Shown here one piece after another: positions 52,339-61,913 of a DNA stretch of 64,000 nucleotides. How positions within the stretch are numbered: position 1 is the first letter of the stretch; each line of letters begins with the position of its first letter. The position numbers were made by a program, and so were the translations under genes. The notes under the pieces are model-generated. The model saw only the letters and a program-made list of their open reading frames with translations, had not been told where the DNA came from and searched no databases. Source of the DNA: a virus; the IMG/VR virus record IMGVR_UViG_3300041964_000083, positions 89,953 through 153,952 of that record. The stretch is one strand, 5' to 3'.

Positions 52339-52698
52339 TTAATGCTTCTTTCTGCGACTGCCTGAGCGGTGAGGCGATCGCGCATAATGTTTCTCGCAAT
52401 ATGGATGTTTTGCCCCTGGTTTGATTAGCACCTCTTGCTGTAGTTCCTGCCAACACCCCAAACATGGGAGTTGCGTCTCAATAACTTCGCTTCGTATTCG
52501 AGTAGCGCCTCCAAACGAATTACCGACAAGAACGCCCAGTAACTTAGCGTTGTAAGCACCTTGCCATTGAGAGCGATTGCGATACCAAGAGAATAAATCC
52601 CCTACTATCGACCAGTCTGTTTCAGGTGAACCTGCGATCGCAACGCCCTTAGTCCCATCTACTTCAGGGTAGATGGATTTTATTTTCTCAATATCCAA
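52339..52698 (-). CDS. Hypothetical protein with C-terminal CxxC..CxxH zinc finger
   Basis: CLGC...YCEKH; divergent from csx3. Confidence 0.55.
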   Translation of the reverse strand: MDIEKIKSIYPEVDGTKGVAIAGSPETDWSIVGDLFSWYRNRSQWQGAYNAKLLGVLVGNSFGGATRIRSEVIETQLPCLGCWQELQQEVLIKPGAKHPYCEKHYARSPHRSGSRRKKH

Positions 52699-52788
52699 AG
52701 CCTGAAACGCCCTAGCCTCAACAACTAGCAGCGTGTATTCGTCCCTGTTAAAGGAATAGATTCAATCATTGTTAAGCAATTGTAAAGA

Positions 52789-52821
52789 ATGTAACCAAGA
52801 TACTAGACAACTTGGTTACAT
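52789..52821. promoter_or_regulatory. 11-bp inverted-repeat operator overlapping csx3 promoter
   Basis: atgtaaccaag-11 bp-cttggttacat around TAGACA (-35); TATATT follows. Confidence 0.7.
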
Positions 52822-52872
52822 CTAATCTATATTGGATTTAGTGAAGCAAACAAGGTTACGGAGATACTACAA

Positions 52873-53173
52873 ATGAGTCTTTACAATATCGAATTGGTTG
52901 ATGGCGTTCTTAAAGTTGGTTTTGGTGATGAGCCAGCAGGTAATGACGTGATCGTTCCTGAAGCAGTAGCCAAAGCATCTGCTCTCAAAGATGAAGTGAT
53001 GGGTAAAGTTCTGAAAATCAATGGTCCAGCATCATTACCTGTTGCGATCGCGATTGGTCATGAATTAAGTCATGTCGTTCCCGCAGTTGCTTGCTTCGAT
53101 CCAAAACTAGGTGGCTATGTGGTGAGCGTATCCCATAGCCCTGAATACAAGCTAGGGTCAAATCATCCAGTAA
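52873..53173 (+). CDS. csx3: CRISPR-associated ring nuclease Csx3/Crn3-like (extra G at ~53155 fuses it to next ORF)
   Basis: LKINGPASLPVA..GHELSH...VACFDPKLGGYVVSVSHSPEYKLG; the duplicate 3' end at 54112 reads LGQIIQ*. Confidence 0.82.
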
Positions 53174-53202
53174 TACATAGCAACAACAAAGGGAAAAACA
53201 AA

Positions 53203-53553
53203 ATGCTTGCATATCACGGCGAAAAAATTGGAGAAAGAGGCGGATTTATCCATTCATACGGAGGAAACTTTTACTTTGTGGTAACGGGTTTCTTTCTTCA
53301 AGGAGATGGCTGTATGGCAGTTGGTATTAGAGAAGAAGACGGTCGCGTTGATACAGGTTGGGCTTATGGCTTTAACCGCTCTAAAGAAGAGGTTGTTAAA
53401 CAGGTTAATGCTCTCCCACTAACTAAGGAGCAAAGGCTAGAACTCTTGCAAAATGGCATTTATCCCAAAGAGATAAAAATCGAAAGCCACCAATACTACA
53501 AAGGGTATCCACGAGCTGGAATGTTTGACGAATTACTGCATCTGGTTGAGTAA
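53203..53553 (+). CDS. Hypothetical protein
   Basis: Own ATG after AAGGG/A-rich leader. Confidence 0.55.
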   Translation: MLAYHGEKIGERGGFIHSYGGNFYFVVTGFFLQGDGCMAVGIREEDGRVDTGWAYGFNRSKEEVVKQVNALPLTKEQRLELLQNGIYPKEIKIESHQYYKGYPRAGMFDELLHLVE

Positions 53554-53672
53554 CATTAATCGAATGCCGTCTTAGATTAATGGTCTAAAACGGCATTCTA
53601 AAAGGTTAGAAGACTAACCCAGTCTGTTTCCATTCAATTAGTTACCCCGTTAAGGGATATTTAGAGAGTACC

Positions 53673-54068
53673 ATGATTAAGTTAATGTCAGCACTACCCA
53701 ATTCATTGATAGCTGCCCAAGATAAATACACCGTAACCGTTACAGGCATTCTTGAGGTAAAGGTTATTGAATATTTAGTCTGCCGACGCTTTGTTTCTTG
53801 CGTTGGGCATGAGTCAACCGCAAAGCTTTTCAGTGAGAGACTTGACCTGAGTGTATCTATGAACCGAGAGCAGGTTGATTTGAATGTAGGAGACACGATC
53901 ATTGCTGGCTTATTTACTCCTCCTCGCAGGCTAGCAGAAGGAATACTATGGACAGAGGAAGAGATTTTAGCCATGCCCATTAACTGGGTGTTAGTGCAAA
54001 AGCACGTAACAGAATGCATTCAGATTGTTGAGGGGAGTAATAATTATCAACCTTATCTGCTTGTTTGA
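53673..54068 (+). CDS. DUF1874/YddF (AcrIII-1-like) viral ring nuclease
   Basis: FVSCVGHESTAKLFS..L...V.MNREQVDLNVGD..I....RRL.EG matches the STIV B116/AcrIII-1 SxxGHxxTA and NR pattern. Confidence 0.78.
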   Translation: MIKLMSALPNSLIAAQDKYTVTVTGILEVKVIEYLVCRRFVSCVGHESTAKLFSERLDLSVSMNREQVDLNVGDTIIAGLFTPPRRLAEGILWTEEEILAMPINWVLVQKHVTECIQIVEGSNNYQPYLLV

Positions 54069-54240
54069 TTAATCTTTTGGGATTGGCTACGTTTTTGTTA
54101 CAAGTGTGAACGTAGTAAGCGTATCTCATAGCCCTGAATACAAGCTAGGTCAAATCATCCAGTAATACCGTTAGGTGGCTGGAAGTAGAGGCTTCCAGCC
54201 ACACGTAAGATAAGCAGAGTCAACCTATCAATTATCTATC

Positions 54241-54957
54241 ATGGCAAAATTCACAGAAACCCCAATATTGAGCAATCGCTTTTCTCATGCCGTCAACCTT
54301 GCTCTTCTGTGGCATCGCAATCAGGTTAGAAAACAAGGCGTGCCTTATGTGTCTCACTTACTCCAAGTCTCAGGTCTAGTCATCGAACATGGCGGTAGTG
54401 AAGATGAAGCGATCGCAGCCGTCTTACACGATGCAGTTGAAGATGTTGACATCCCCATCGAACACATCAGAGAGTTGTTTGGCGAGAAGGTTGCCAAAAT
54501 CGTCAATGCGGTATCAGAGGATAAAGCACTTCCACGAGAGCAACGCAAAGCCGCTTATGTGTTGTCGATTGGAAATAGCGATCGCTCTGTAGGCTTGGTA
54601 AGTGCAGCAGACAAGCTACACAACCTACGGTGTTACGCTAATCAGCCTGAGTTGTTAGATGAAGGTGTTTGCTTGTTCTACTGCCGATTGATTCCAGAAT
54701 ATGCAGCAGTATTGAATGAAACAACCGCTTCCTATGATTTTCGAGTAGAAGAGGAACATCCTATGGTTGCTGAGATGAAAGCAATCTTGCTAGCCAAAAT
54801 TCTTCCTGTGGTTTCAAACCAATGGGTCGTTGGTGATGCTGACTGGAATGAAGATAGTTTTATGTATGGTGAAGCGCGAGTTGTTAAATCTGTTGATTTA
54901 AAGCTTTGGGATATTGGGTACATTCGCGCAATCACAGCTACTAGCGTGATTGCTTAA
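54241..54957 (+). CDS. HD-domain hydrolase, small alarmone hydrolase (Mesh1/SpoT-HD-like)
   Basis: HRNQVRK..PYVSHL..V, AAVLHDAVED, FGEKVA.IV, ADKLHNLR. Confidence 0.88.
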   Translation: MAKFTETPILSNRFSHAVNLALLWHRNQVRKQGVPYVSHLLQVSGLVIEHGGSEDEAIAAVLHDAVEDVDIPIEHIRELFGEKVAKIVNAVSEDKALPREQRKAAYVLSIGNSDRSVGLVSAADKLHNLRCYANQPELLDEGVCLFYCRLIPEYAAVLNETTASYDFRVEEEHPMVAEMKAILLAKILPVVSNQWVVGDADWNEDSFMYGEARVVKSVDLKLWDIGYIRAITATSVIA

Positions 54958-55026
54958 AGCAACAAAAGCACCCTCTTAAAAAATTGGGGTGAGATTCCCC
55001 ATTAATTAACAATTAAGGAGTTCGCT

Positions 55027-55521
55027 ATGACAGCTGAATTAAAACAACAACTGGAGCAAGCCATCAAGCACCGATTAAAGTGCAAAGAAACTTTAGAGGC
55101 TTTGTCTGAGTGGCAGTTTTTACAAGAAGCTAACCAACTTGTAAGCCAACTGGAAACAGAAATCCGGACAGAAGAAAAGCGTTTAAAAAAGGAAAGTGAA
55201 GAGCGCTCCAAGCAAGAAATCATTGATGCTGGGTTTGAAGTCCGAACAGGACATACAACAGGAAGCACCAATCATCGAGACTGGCAGTCTGATGATGGGG
55301 AGCCGTGGACGTTTTTGATTGTCCATTCCTCTAGACCACAAGTTAAACACGTTTCAGAATCATCTCGCGGAGAATCTATCTCTACTATTGATGGTTCGGA
55401 CTTTAATGAAGAATGGTTGCTGGGGCATGGCGAAACTGAGGAAGAAGCTTGGGAAGATGCTATTGAAAACTGGGTGGACAGTGAAACTAAGGAGTTAGCG
55501 CTTCAGCTATGTAACCATTAG
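55027..55521 (+). CDS. Acidic hypothetical protein
   Basis: 164 aa, AAGGAG SD. Confidence 0.65.
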   Translation: MTAELKQQLEQAIKHRLKCKETLEALSEWQFLQEANQLVSQLETEIRTEEKRLKKESEERSKQEIIDAGFEVRTGHTTGSTNHRDWQSDDGEPWTFLIVHSSRPQVKHVSESSRGESISTIDGSDFNEEWLLGHGETEEEAWEDAIENWVDSETKELALQLCNH

Positions 55522-55800
55522 CAATTGATCAACTAAAGACTTGGGGAAAAAGGAATGAAAATCAGAACTAGGGGAAGTTTCTATTAGTCCATCTACATGG
55601 AACTATATGAAATACAATCCCATCCGAATTTGTTCTTGTTCTGCTTGTCGTCGTGGTAGTCTTCGTCGCTTCTACTTCAAAGTAGCTAATCGCAAACTTC
55701 GCCATCGCAGTAAGCAGCAACTCAAAACCCTCAGCGATTACGAAGCATTTGAAAAAATATTGATTGCTGGAGGATACACCGACTAAACTCAATACTTTCA

Positions 55801-55830
55801 AAAACCCCTATTAACACCATAGGGGTTTTT
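55801..55830. terminator. Terminator hairpin
   Basis: aaaacccctat-taacacc-ataggggttttt. Confidence 0.7.
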
Positions 55831-55871
55831 CTTTGGAGATATGCTAAAGGGAGGAAGAATTACCCTAAAGT

Positions 55872-58800
55872 ATGTCGCGATCGCAATACGCCTCAGCCAC
55901 AACCCCACCTGCACCCACTCTTACCGTTGGAACCGGAGCAGCCGCCACACAATCCGGAACAAAATACGTATGGCTATACAACCGAACTAGAGCAGGTGTT
56001 ACGTTATTTTCACCTGCTACGAGTATTGCGATCGCGCCTACCCAATCACTAAAAGTTACCATCCCCGCTGCTGTTAAAACACCAGCGTCAGATATTAGAT
56101 ACACCGGGATAGTGCTATCTAATGACAGTAATCCAACCAATGGTGCTGTCGTCGCTTGCTATTCTGGAAACTTACCTGCAACCATCACGCTCGATAAAGA
56201 CGCACATTTTGCCGTTGGTGTAACTGCACAGAAGGTAGCAACACGGAATACGCTACCCAATGATCGGATAGTGGGGATGAGGCGGTACGTGGAGGGAGAA
56301 GCACTCATCTTAGAGTGGTCGGGTACTGATTGGAAGGTAGTGCAGCCGCAGACGCTAAACCCGTACCTTACAAATACGTTGGGGATTGGTGGGTGCGATC
56401 GCGCATTAAATGCCATAACTGACACGACGGGTATCATCTTCCCTGACTACGACGGGAATGGGGGAGTGAGTGAGCGCGTTGACTATTGGATCGTCAACGA
56501 TACCCCCTTACCTCTCCCCACTTCGGTAAGAATCGGCATTACCGCAGCTATTGATAAACTTCCATTTGCGCCTGTACCCAATGACTCAATTCTAAAAGCT
56601 GGGTTACTACAACTGACGTTTTTAGGGTACGTCAACACAACTACGGGGGCATTGGATACAACAGATGCACCGGTTACCGTGACATACCAAGGGAATAACC
56701 CAATGTCACTGACATTACCCAGAGAACTACCACCCAATCATGCTTATGTGTTGGGAATACAGGCAGAGTTTCGTAACTCCGACTTACATAACACAGCGCT
56801 GCAAGGGTCGTTAATTCAGATTTATCCGTATTTTGAAGAGAATTACTCCATCTATGTCCCATTTGGTGACATATTCGGTGACTTTGTTTCAAGAGATGGC
56901 GATCGCCGACGCATCGTACCATCAGGTTCAGGTTTAAACCTTAAAGCACTATCCGGTAGCGGGTGCGTCAAGAGCTACGGCTTTAAGAATGTTGGTGAGA
57001 GCCTTGTTGTAGGGCTTGCAATAAATACCGATAACCAAAAGGTTTTAATCTCCAACAACGCAACGTGTTTTGTTGGAAGTGATGTGGGGGACACAACAGC
57101 ATTACGGGCTATAGTCTCAACCGTTAATGGTTCAGGTAGCGCATCGAGTTGGAGTAGTCCAGTAGCGTTGAATACCGCATCGAGTTTAGAACTAACCCTC
57201 ACCCACCCTACTGCTATTCGCGCCAGTTACCCCGATGTAATCGGTGGAATATCCGCAACACTCAATGCGCTAAAGGTGCGGGTTTATTTGCGGGATACGG
57301 CTACTGGAACAATTCATTATGCCGAGGCATTGATTTCGGGGTTATCGGATGAAACGGTACTTATTGGATCGGTTATCGGAACGATTAACTTTTTACCCGC
57401 TGTTGCACAAGACTTCGGATTATTCGATCCACCAAGCTACACCTCAGTATTAATGCCCGGAGGCAGTAGCCTACCTGTTGGTAACTTTGAAATTGCGATC
57501 GCGTATTTGTACGAAAATACCGTAACCAAAATCAACCACTCGCTTGATGCAGGTTGCATCGATGAGTGGGAGACAGATTTTGTTGAACTGCTAAAAATTC
57601 AAAATAGTTGGGGAAGTACGGTTATTCCGGCGTCTGGACAAAGTGTTGATGATGCGATTCGCAATGTTAGCCAAGGAGACACAAGCAATGGACAGACACG
57701 CCGAGTAGTCGGCAACCCATTTATCTTCTATGACGCAACATTAACGTCAGCCGAAGTGTTGCTGGGAAATTGGAATAATCGCGTATGGCGTCCAATTTGG
57801 CGCACACCAGAACAACCCGGACGCTGGCGGGGGGATATTGGGATATCGGTAAGCGGAAGCATCTTGTCCTACGACGCTCTAATGCTTGACTCCCAAAGCA
57901 ATAGACCAGCTACAGATAATTCACAACTTGCGCTATTTAACGAAAGCGGTATAGCATCACTACGGATGCCAAATTCTGGTGCTGTGTATCCTGTAGCAAC
58001 ACTCGGATCGCCTTCTAGTATCCGCGCTAACAACGCTTTAATCAACGGGTTATTCCAAGTCAGTCAAACTGCAAATTCGTGGACGCTAACAGCAGGTGCA
58101 GGCTTTAACTACATTGCTGACCTATGGCATGGAGCCGCAGGTATTGCAGGTGGTGCAACCGTTTCAATTGTTAACTTCCTTGTGACCGATGGGAGTATTG
58201 GGGCAGGTACGGCTAATGCACTGCGATGGAATCAAACCACTGCCGCAAACGACAATCCGAGGTTGCGATCGCGTATTGAAAGTGTGGCGACGTTAGCTGG
58301 ACATGCTGTAACCCTTGTCGTTTTACGCTGTAGCCACCGCACCAATCACCATATCAACTAACTTCTCTCAAAACTTTGGCGTTGGGGGAGTGGTGCAGCC
58401 GATGTCAATCCAAAAAGCTTCACAGTTGGAACGACGCGATCGCGCTATACGTATACAACTACAATCCCTAACCTCAGCGCTAAAGTAATCGGCACGGCAG
58501 ATGACAGCTTGGATGTAATTTTCAGCTTACCTGCGGGCAGTTTGTTCCAAATTGATATTGATTCCGTGGAGTTGATTATCGGCAATACCCCTAGTTTTAT
58601 TACCCCACCACATATATCCCAAACGCTCAACGGGTGCTTGCGGTACTTATATCGATTAGCGGGTAGTGCAAATCAAGCGATCGGGTCAGGGCGTGCCAAC
58701 GTTGCCAATATTGCCCAAATAGCTGTCAACTTCCCAACTCCTATGCGTACTGCACCGAAAACTCTCAGGGTTTAATGATTTGATACTCAATGCAAATGTC

Positions 58801-58959
58801 GCTGTTACACAGGTAGCCTTAAATGGTGTTGGCGTAAACAGTGCGACGGTAGAATTAACAACAACAATCGCAGCAGGCGGCGCGTGTATAGGTAAGCTCA
58901 ACTCAGCCGCTAGCTTTGTAATATTTGATGCCCGGATGCCGCTCAGCTTAAAACCATGA
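55872..58959 (+). CDS. Large virion/tail-fibre protein (frameshifts after about 58310)
   Basis: T/S/G-rich; C-terminal NALINGLFQVSQ..YIADLW..CLRYLY..FPTPMRTAP tail-fibre pattern spread across frames. Confidence 0.7.
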
Positions 58960-59522
58960 ACAGAGAAGAATTAATCAACCTTTGTAAGTACGACTTCCTC
59001 ACCTACAATGATGCTTTAGCTTTCTCTCCGTATCAGTGCGATCGCATTAAGTACAGAAAGGAAGAAGAACCTTTTGTTATTTGTGATCTAAATTCATACC
59101 CAACAAATGCCCTACCAGCCACCTACGAGATTCGCATTCAGAAAAACTCGTTCGGATTCTACAGCTGGGTTACTAATTGCAAAGATGATCACGCTTTAAT
59201 TAGTGAGTACAAAACTAAACCTCAGTTTTATACAGAACACGAGATTAAAGACACAGAATCAGCCAACTTTATCTGTTCAACTATTGAAAATATTATTGCC
59301 AGCACAGGTTTACTTGCTGGTGTGACGTGTATGGAGGAGTTTGAAGACCACAAACATTTTATCGTGGGGTTTACCGCTTGGTCTTTAAATCCGGCTATTT
59401 TCCTTAATTTTTCAATATCCAACGAAGAGATAGCTATGCGTGACCAACAAGGGAAAGTTAATTACCTGTTTTTGGTTACAGAACATTTGTTACGCGATCG
59501 CATGAAGCTCATGCAGCTATGA
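58956..59522 (+). CDS. Hypothetical protein
   Basis: 188-aa ORF coupled to tail-fibre gene. Confidence 0.6.
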   Translation: MNREELINLCKYDFLTYNDALAFSPYQCDRIKYRKEEEPFVICDLNSYPTNALPATYEIRIQKNSFGFYSWVTNCKDDHALISEYKTKPQFYTEHEIKDTESANFICSTIENIIASTGLLAGVTCMEEFEDHKHFIVGFTAWSLNPAIFLNFSISNEEIAMRDQQGKVNYLFLVTEHLLRDRMKLMQL

Positions 59523-59579
59523 AAAACCACCAGATTTTACACTGGTGGTTCTAATTTGACATCGAAACGTTGTCAATTG

Positions 59580-60344
59580 TTATTCCAAAGCTTTTTTAAC
59601 TTGATTACCCGACTCGGTACAGGCATCACGACAATCTTTAAACCCTTGCAGATCTTCAGTTCGCATCTTCTTTCGTGCCAATGCCTCAGCAAGAGTGATA
59701 GCCGCATTCTCTACATCATCTAGGGAATCCCGTAGGTTTGTTCTGGCTGGAATATTTCTTTCTTGCTTAACCTTTTTGGTTTCGCCTCCTAAAATTGGTT
59801 TGTAAATTTCATTGGTGCAGACGCCATACTGCCACGGTTGGTCAATACCTCGATTTTGCAGTTCCTCTGTTAAGTAGTTACGTCCTTCAATCTCCTTCAG
59901 CCGAGTACTAATCCAATCATCGGATTTACCATCACGCTTCCATTTGGCAATAGCTCGGTTACGGGAGCGGGTTATCCCTAACTCAGGATCAGCGTCTTCC
60001 TCAATCCGCTCAACCAGCGCACCTAGCGCCCAAGAGTGAAATTCAGGACTAAGGTATTCGGCATAAGCCAAGGCTAGCTTGGGGATACCAAACGTTCCAC
60101 CGCCTTTCCCCTTGCGGGTTTCGTAAATATGGGATAATCCCCCATTTTCTTTTTTGAGGACAGCTAGCAGTTTTTCTGTGTCAGGCAAACGCAGCCATTG
60201 AGCCGGGTTGCGGTTCTCTGGGCTACCTTGCGCCCTCCACATATCGGTCAGACTCACCCATTGGTCTGATACTCTGATATTGATTGGGCATTCGTTGTAT
60301 TCCACTGCACGAAACTTTTTTGAAATCGATTCTGATTGTGGCAT
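59580..60344 (-). CDS. KilA-N domain antirepressor-like protein
   Basis: WVSLTDMWRA..NPAQWLRLPDT..GGGTF..LALAYAEYLSPEFH; C-terminal TNEIYK..NLRD domain. Confidence 0.9.
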   Translation of the reverse strand: MPQSESISKKFRAVEYNECPINIRVSDQWVSLTDMWRAQGSPENRNPAQWLRLPDTEKLLAVLKKENGGLSHIYETRKGKGGGTFGIPKLALAYAEYLSPEFHSWALGALVERIEEDADPELGITRSRNRAIAKWKRDGKSDDWISTRLKEIEGRNYLTEELQNRGIDQPWQYGVCTNEIYKPILGGETKKVKQERNIPARTNLRDSLDDVENAAITLAEALARKKMRTEDLQGFKDCRDACTESGNQVKKALE

Positions 60345-60430
60345 GATGATGGATGCTCCATTTAGGCGTGTACTGGATGGGCAGCAGTCATCCTGTAGGT
60401 GTCCAATCTGTCAGGATGACTGCAATGGTT

Positions 60431-60700
60431 TCAGCGAGTTTCGTTAAGTCTACGCAAAGCGACTAAAGCGTCTTCATACGCTTGTCGTTGTTCGGGTGTC
60501 TTTAGCCACATTGCTACTTTTTCTCCAGTAGTAGTCTCAACTACTCTGACACCATCAAAAGCTAGGCATTGATTCCACCAATCAATATCGGCGTTTTCGT
60601 CTGATTCATCATAAACATAGACCGCGACTTGCTTATACGAAGAATCAACTTTGTGTTCCGCTTCATATGCTCGTACTATTTGCTCTATCTCGTCATTCAT
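60431..60700 (-). CDS. Hypothetical protein
   Basis: 89-aa ORF. Confidence 0.55.
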   Translation of the reverse strand: MNDEIEQIVRAYEAEHKVDSSYKQVAVYVYDESDENADIDWWNQCLAFDGVRVVETTTGEKVAMWLKTPEQRQAYEDALVALRRLNETR

Positions 60701-60736
60701 TGCATTGACTCCATTTAACTTGTTTTGAGTGCGCGA

Positions 60737-61204
60737 TCAAAAATCTATGCTATCTAACGCATCATTCTGTTCTACATTGTTTTGTTTTCCGCCATCAACA
60801 ACACGTATATCTGAAGCATTATTATTAACCGCTTCAGATATATCAAGTTTTTGTTTTGGAAAGACTTCGTAAATGTCTTTGCCGCCAACCAAAAAATATT
60901 TGTTATTGATTTCAAACAAATCACCGACTTTTGTTGAACGAACTTCTTCAGGTTTAATTGTTGAATTCAATGTAACCCTATCATTAGCCGCCCAGTCTTT
61001 ATCTGTATCTTGACTAAAAGAGAACAAATCACGTAGATTGAATACCTCGCTAACTTCTGCAATCAATTCAAAGTCATCTAAATAAATGTTAGGCTCTGGT
61101 GTTTGGTTTTCAGCAATTAGCTGGTAACGTTTAAAAGCAAAATTGTTTTGTTTTTTGGGCTTTAAAAACCAAATTTTTGCAGTATTGCTGTTTGATTTGT
61201 GCAT
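60737..61204 (-). CDS. YodL-like domain protein
   Basis: RSTKVGDLFEINNKYFLV resembles the RSxSVGDV YodL motif. Confidence 0.55.
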   Translation of the reverse strand: MHKSNSNTAKIWFLKPKKQNNFAFKRYQLIAENQTPEPNIYLDDFELIAEVSEVFNLRDLFSFSQDTDKDWAANDRVTLNSTIKPEEVRSTKVGDLFEINNKYFLVGGKDIYEVFPKQKLDISEAVNNNASDIRVVDGGKQNNVEQNDALDSIDF

Positions 61205-61278
61205 TGTCTTTATTTTCTCCTTTTAATGTTGTATTCTGCTGCGTGAGCGTGGCTGTGCGATCGCTTTGGGTTGCCGAG

Positions 61279-61515
61279 TTAGCTTCGTTCGTAGTCCATC
61301 CAGTGATCAGCTCGTTGATAAAGAGTCTCTATGTCTTCCTCTCCACCTTGAATAGCACAGAAAGCAGCATAGAGAATACGCTCAAGCTTTGGGTTCTCTG
61401 GATTGAGAACCGAGAGAATCTCCATCACCTCATCATCAGTCAAGATTTGGTCTGTACAGAGCTTTTTTAGAGAATCTTTGAGGGCTACTACTTGCTGACT
61501 GTTTAGTTGTGTCAT
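61279..61515 (-). CDS. Hypothetical protein
   Basis: 78-aa ORF divergent from RHH. Confidence 0.55.
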   Translation of the reverse strand: MTQLNSQQVVALKDSLKKLCTDQILTDDEVMEILSVLNPENPKLERILYAAFCAIQGGEEDIETLYQRADHWMDYERS

Positions 61516-61576
61516 TTGACTGAATCCTTTTTAGATAATATACTTAGCTTACCCACACAAGCAAAGATTGTCAACC

Positions 61577-61789
61577 ATGCCAAAGCGAATCAGAGGGAAG
61601 AAAGATATCCCCATGTACTATGACGAAACGAAAAAGAAAGTGCATTTGATGCTCACCCCTACAGCGATCGCGCAGGGAACATCAGCCGCCACTGCCCTCG
61701 GCATTAGTCGCAGCGAATTACTGGAGAGATTGTTGCGAAAAGGGGAAGCTTGGCTAATTGACACCGCTAAATTAAATGATGATGGTTAG
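61577..61789 (+). CDS. Ribbon-helix-helix regulator
   Basis: YDETKKKVHLMLTPTA...ALGISRSELLERLLR. Confidence 0.85.
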   Translation: MPKRIRGKKDIPMYYDETKKKVHLMLTPTAIAQGTSAATALGISRSELLERLLRKGEAWLIDTAKLNDDG

Positions 61790-61913
61790 GAGTGGTGTGC
61801 GATCGCGCACTATACCTCTCTAAAACTTAAAATAGTAGTAACGCTCGCCGCACAAGCATCTAGCTAAGATTTCCCGCGTAGAAGACGACGTAGCGCTTCA
61901 AGCACTTAAAAAA

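Noticed and set aside
52873-53553. Genuine 226-aa Csx3 fusion protein
   Set aside because: The duplicate 3' end shows a stop after LGQIIQ and the downstream part has its own start; likely a one-base insertion
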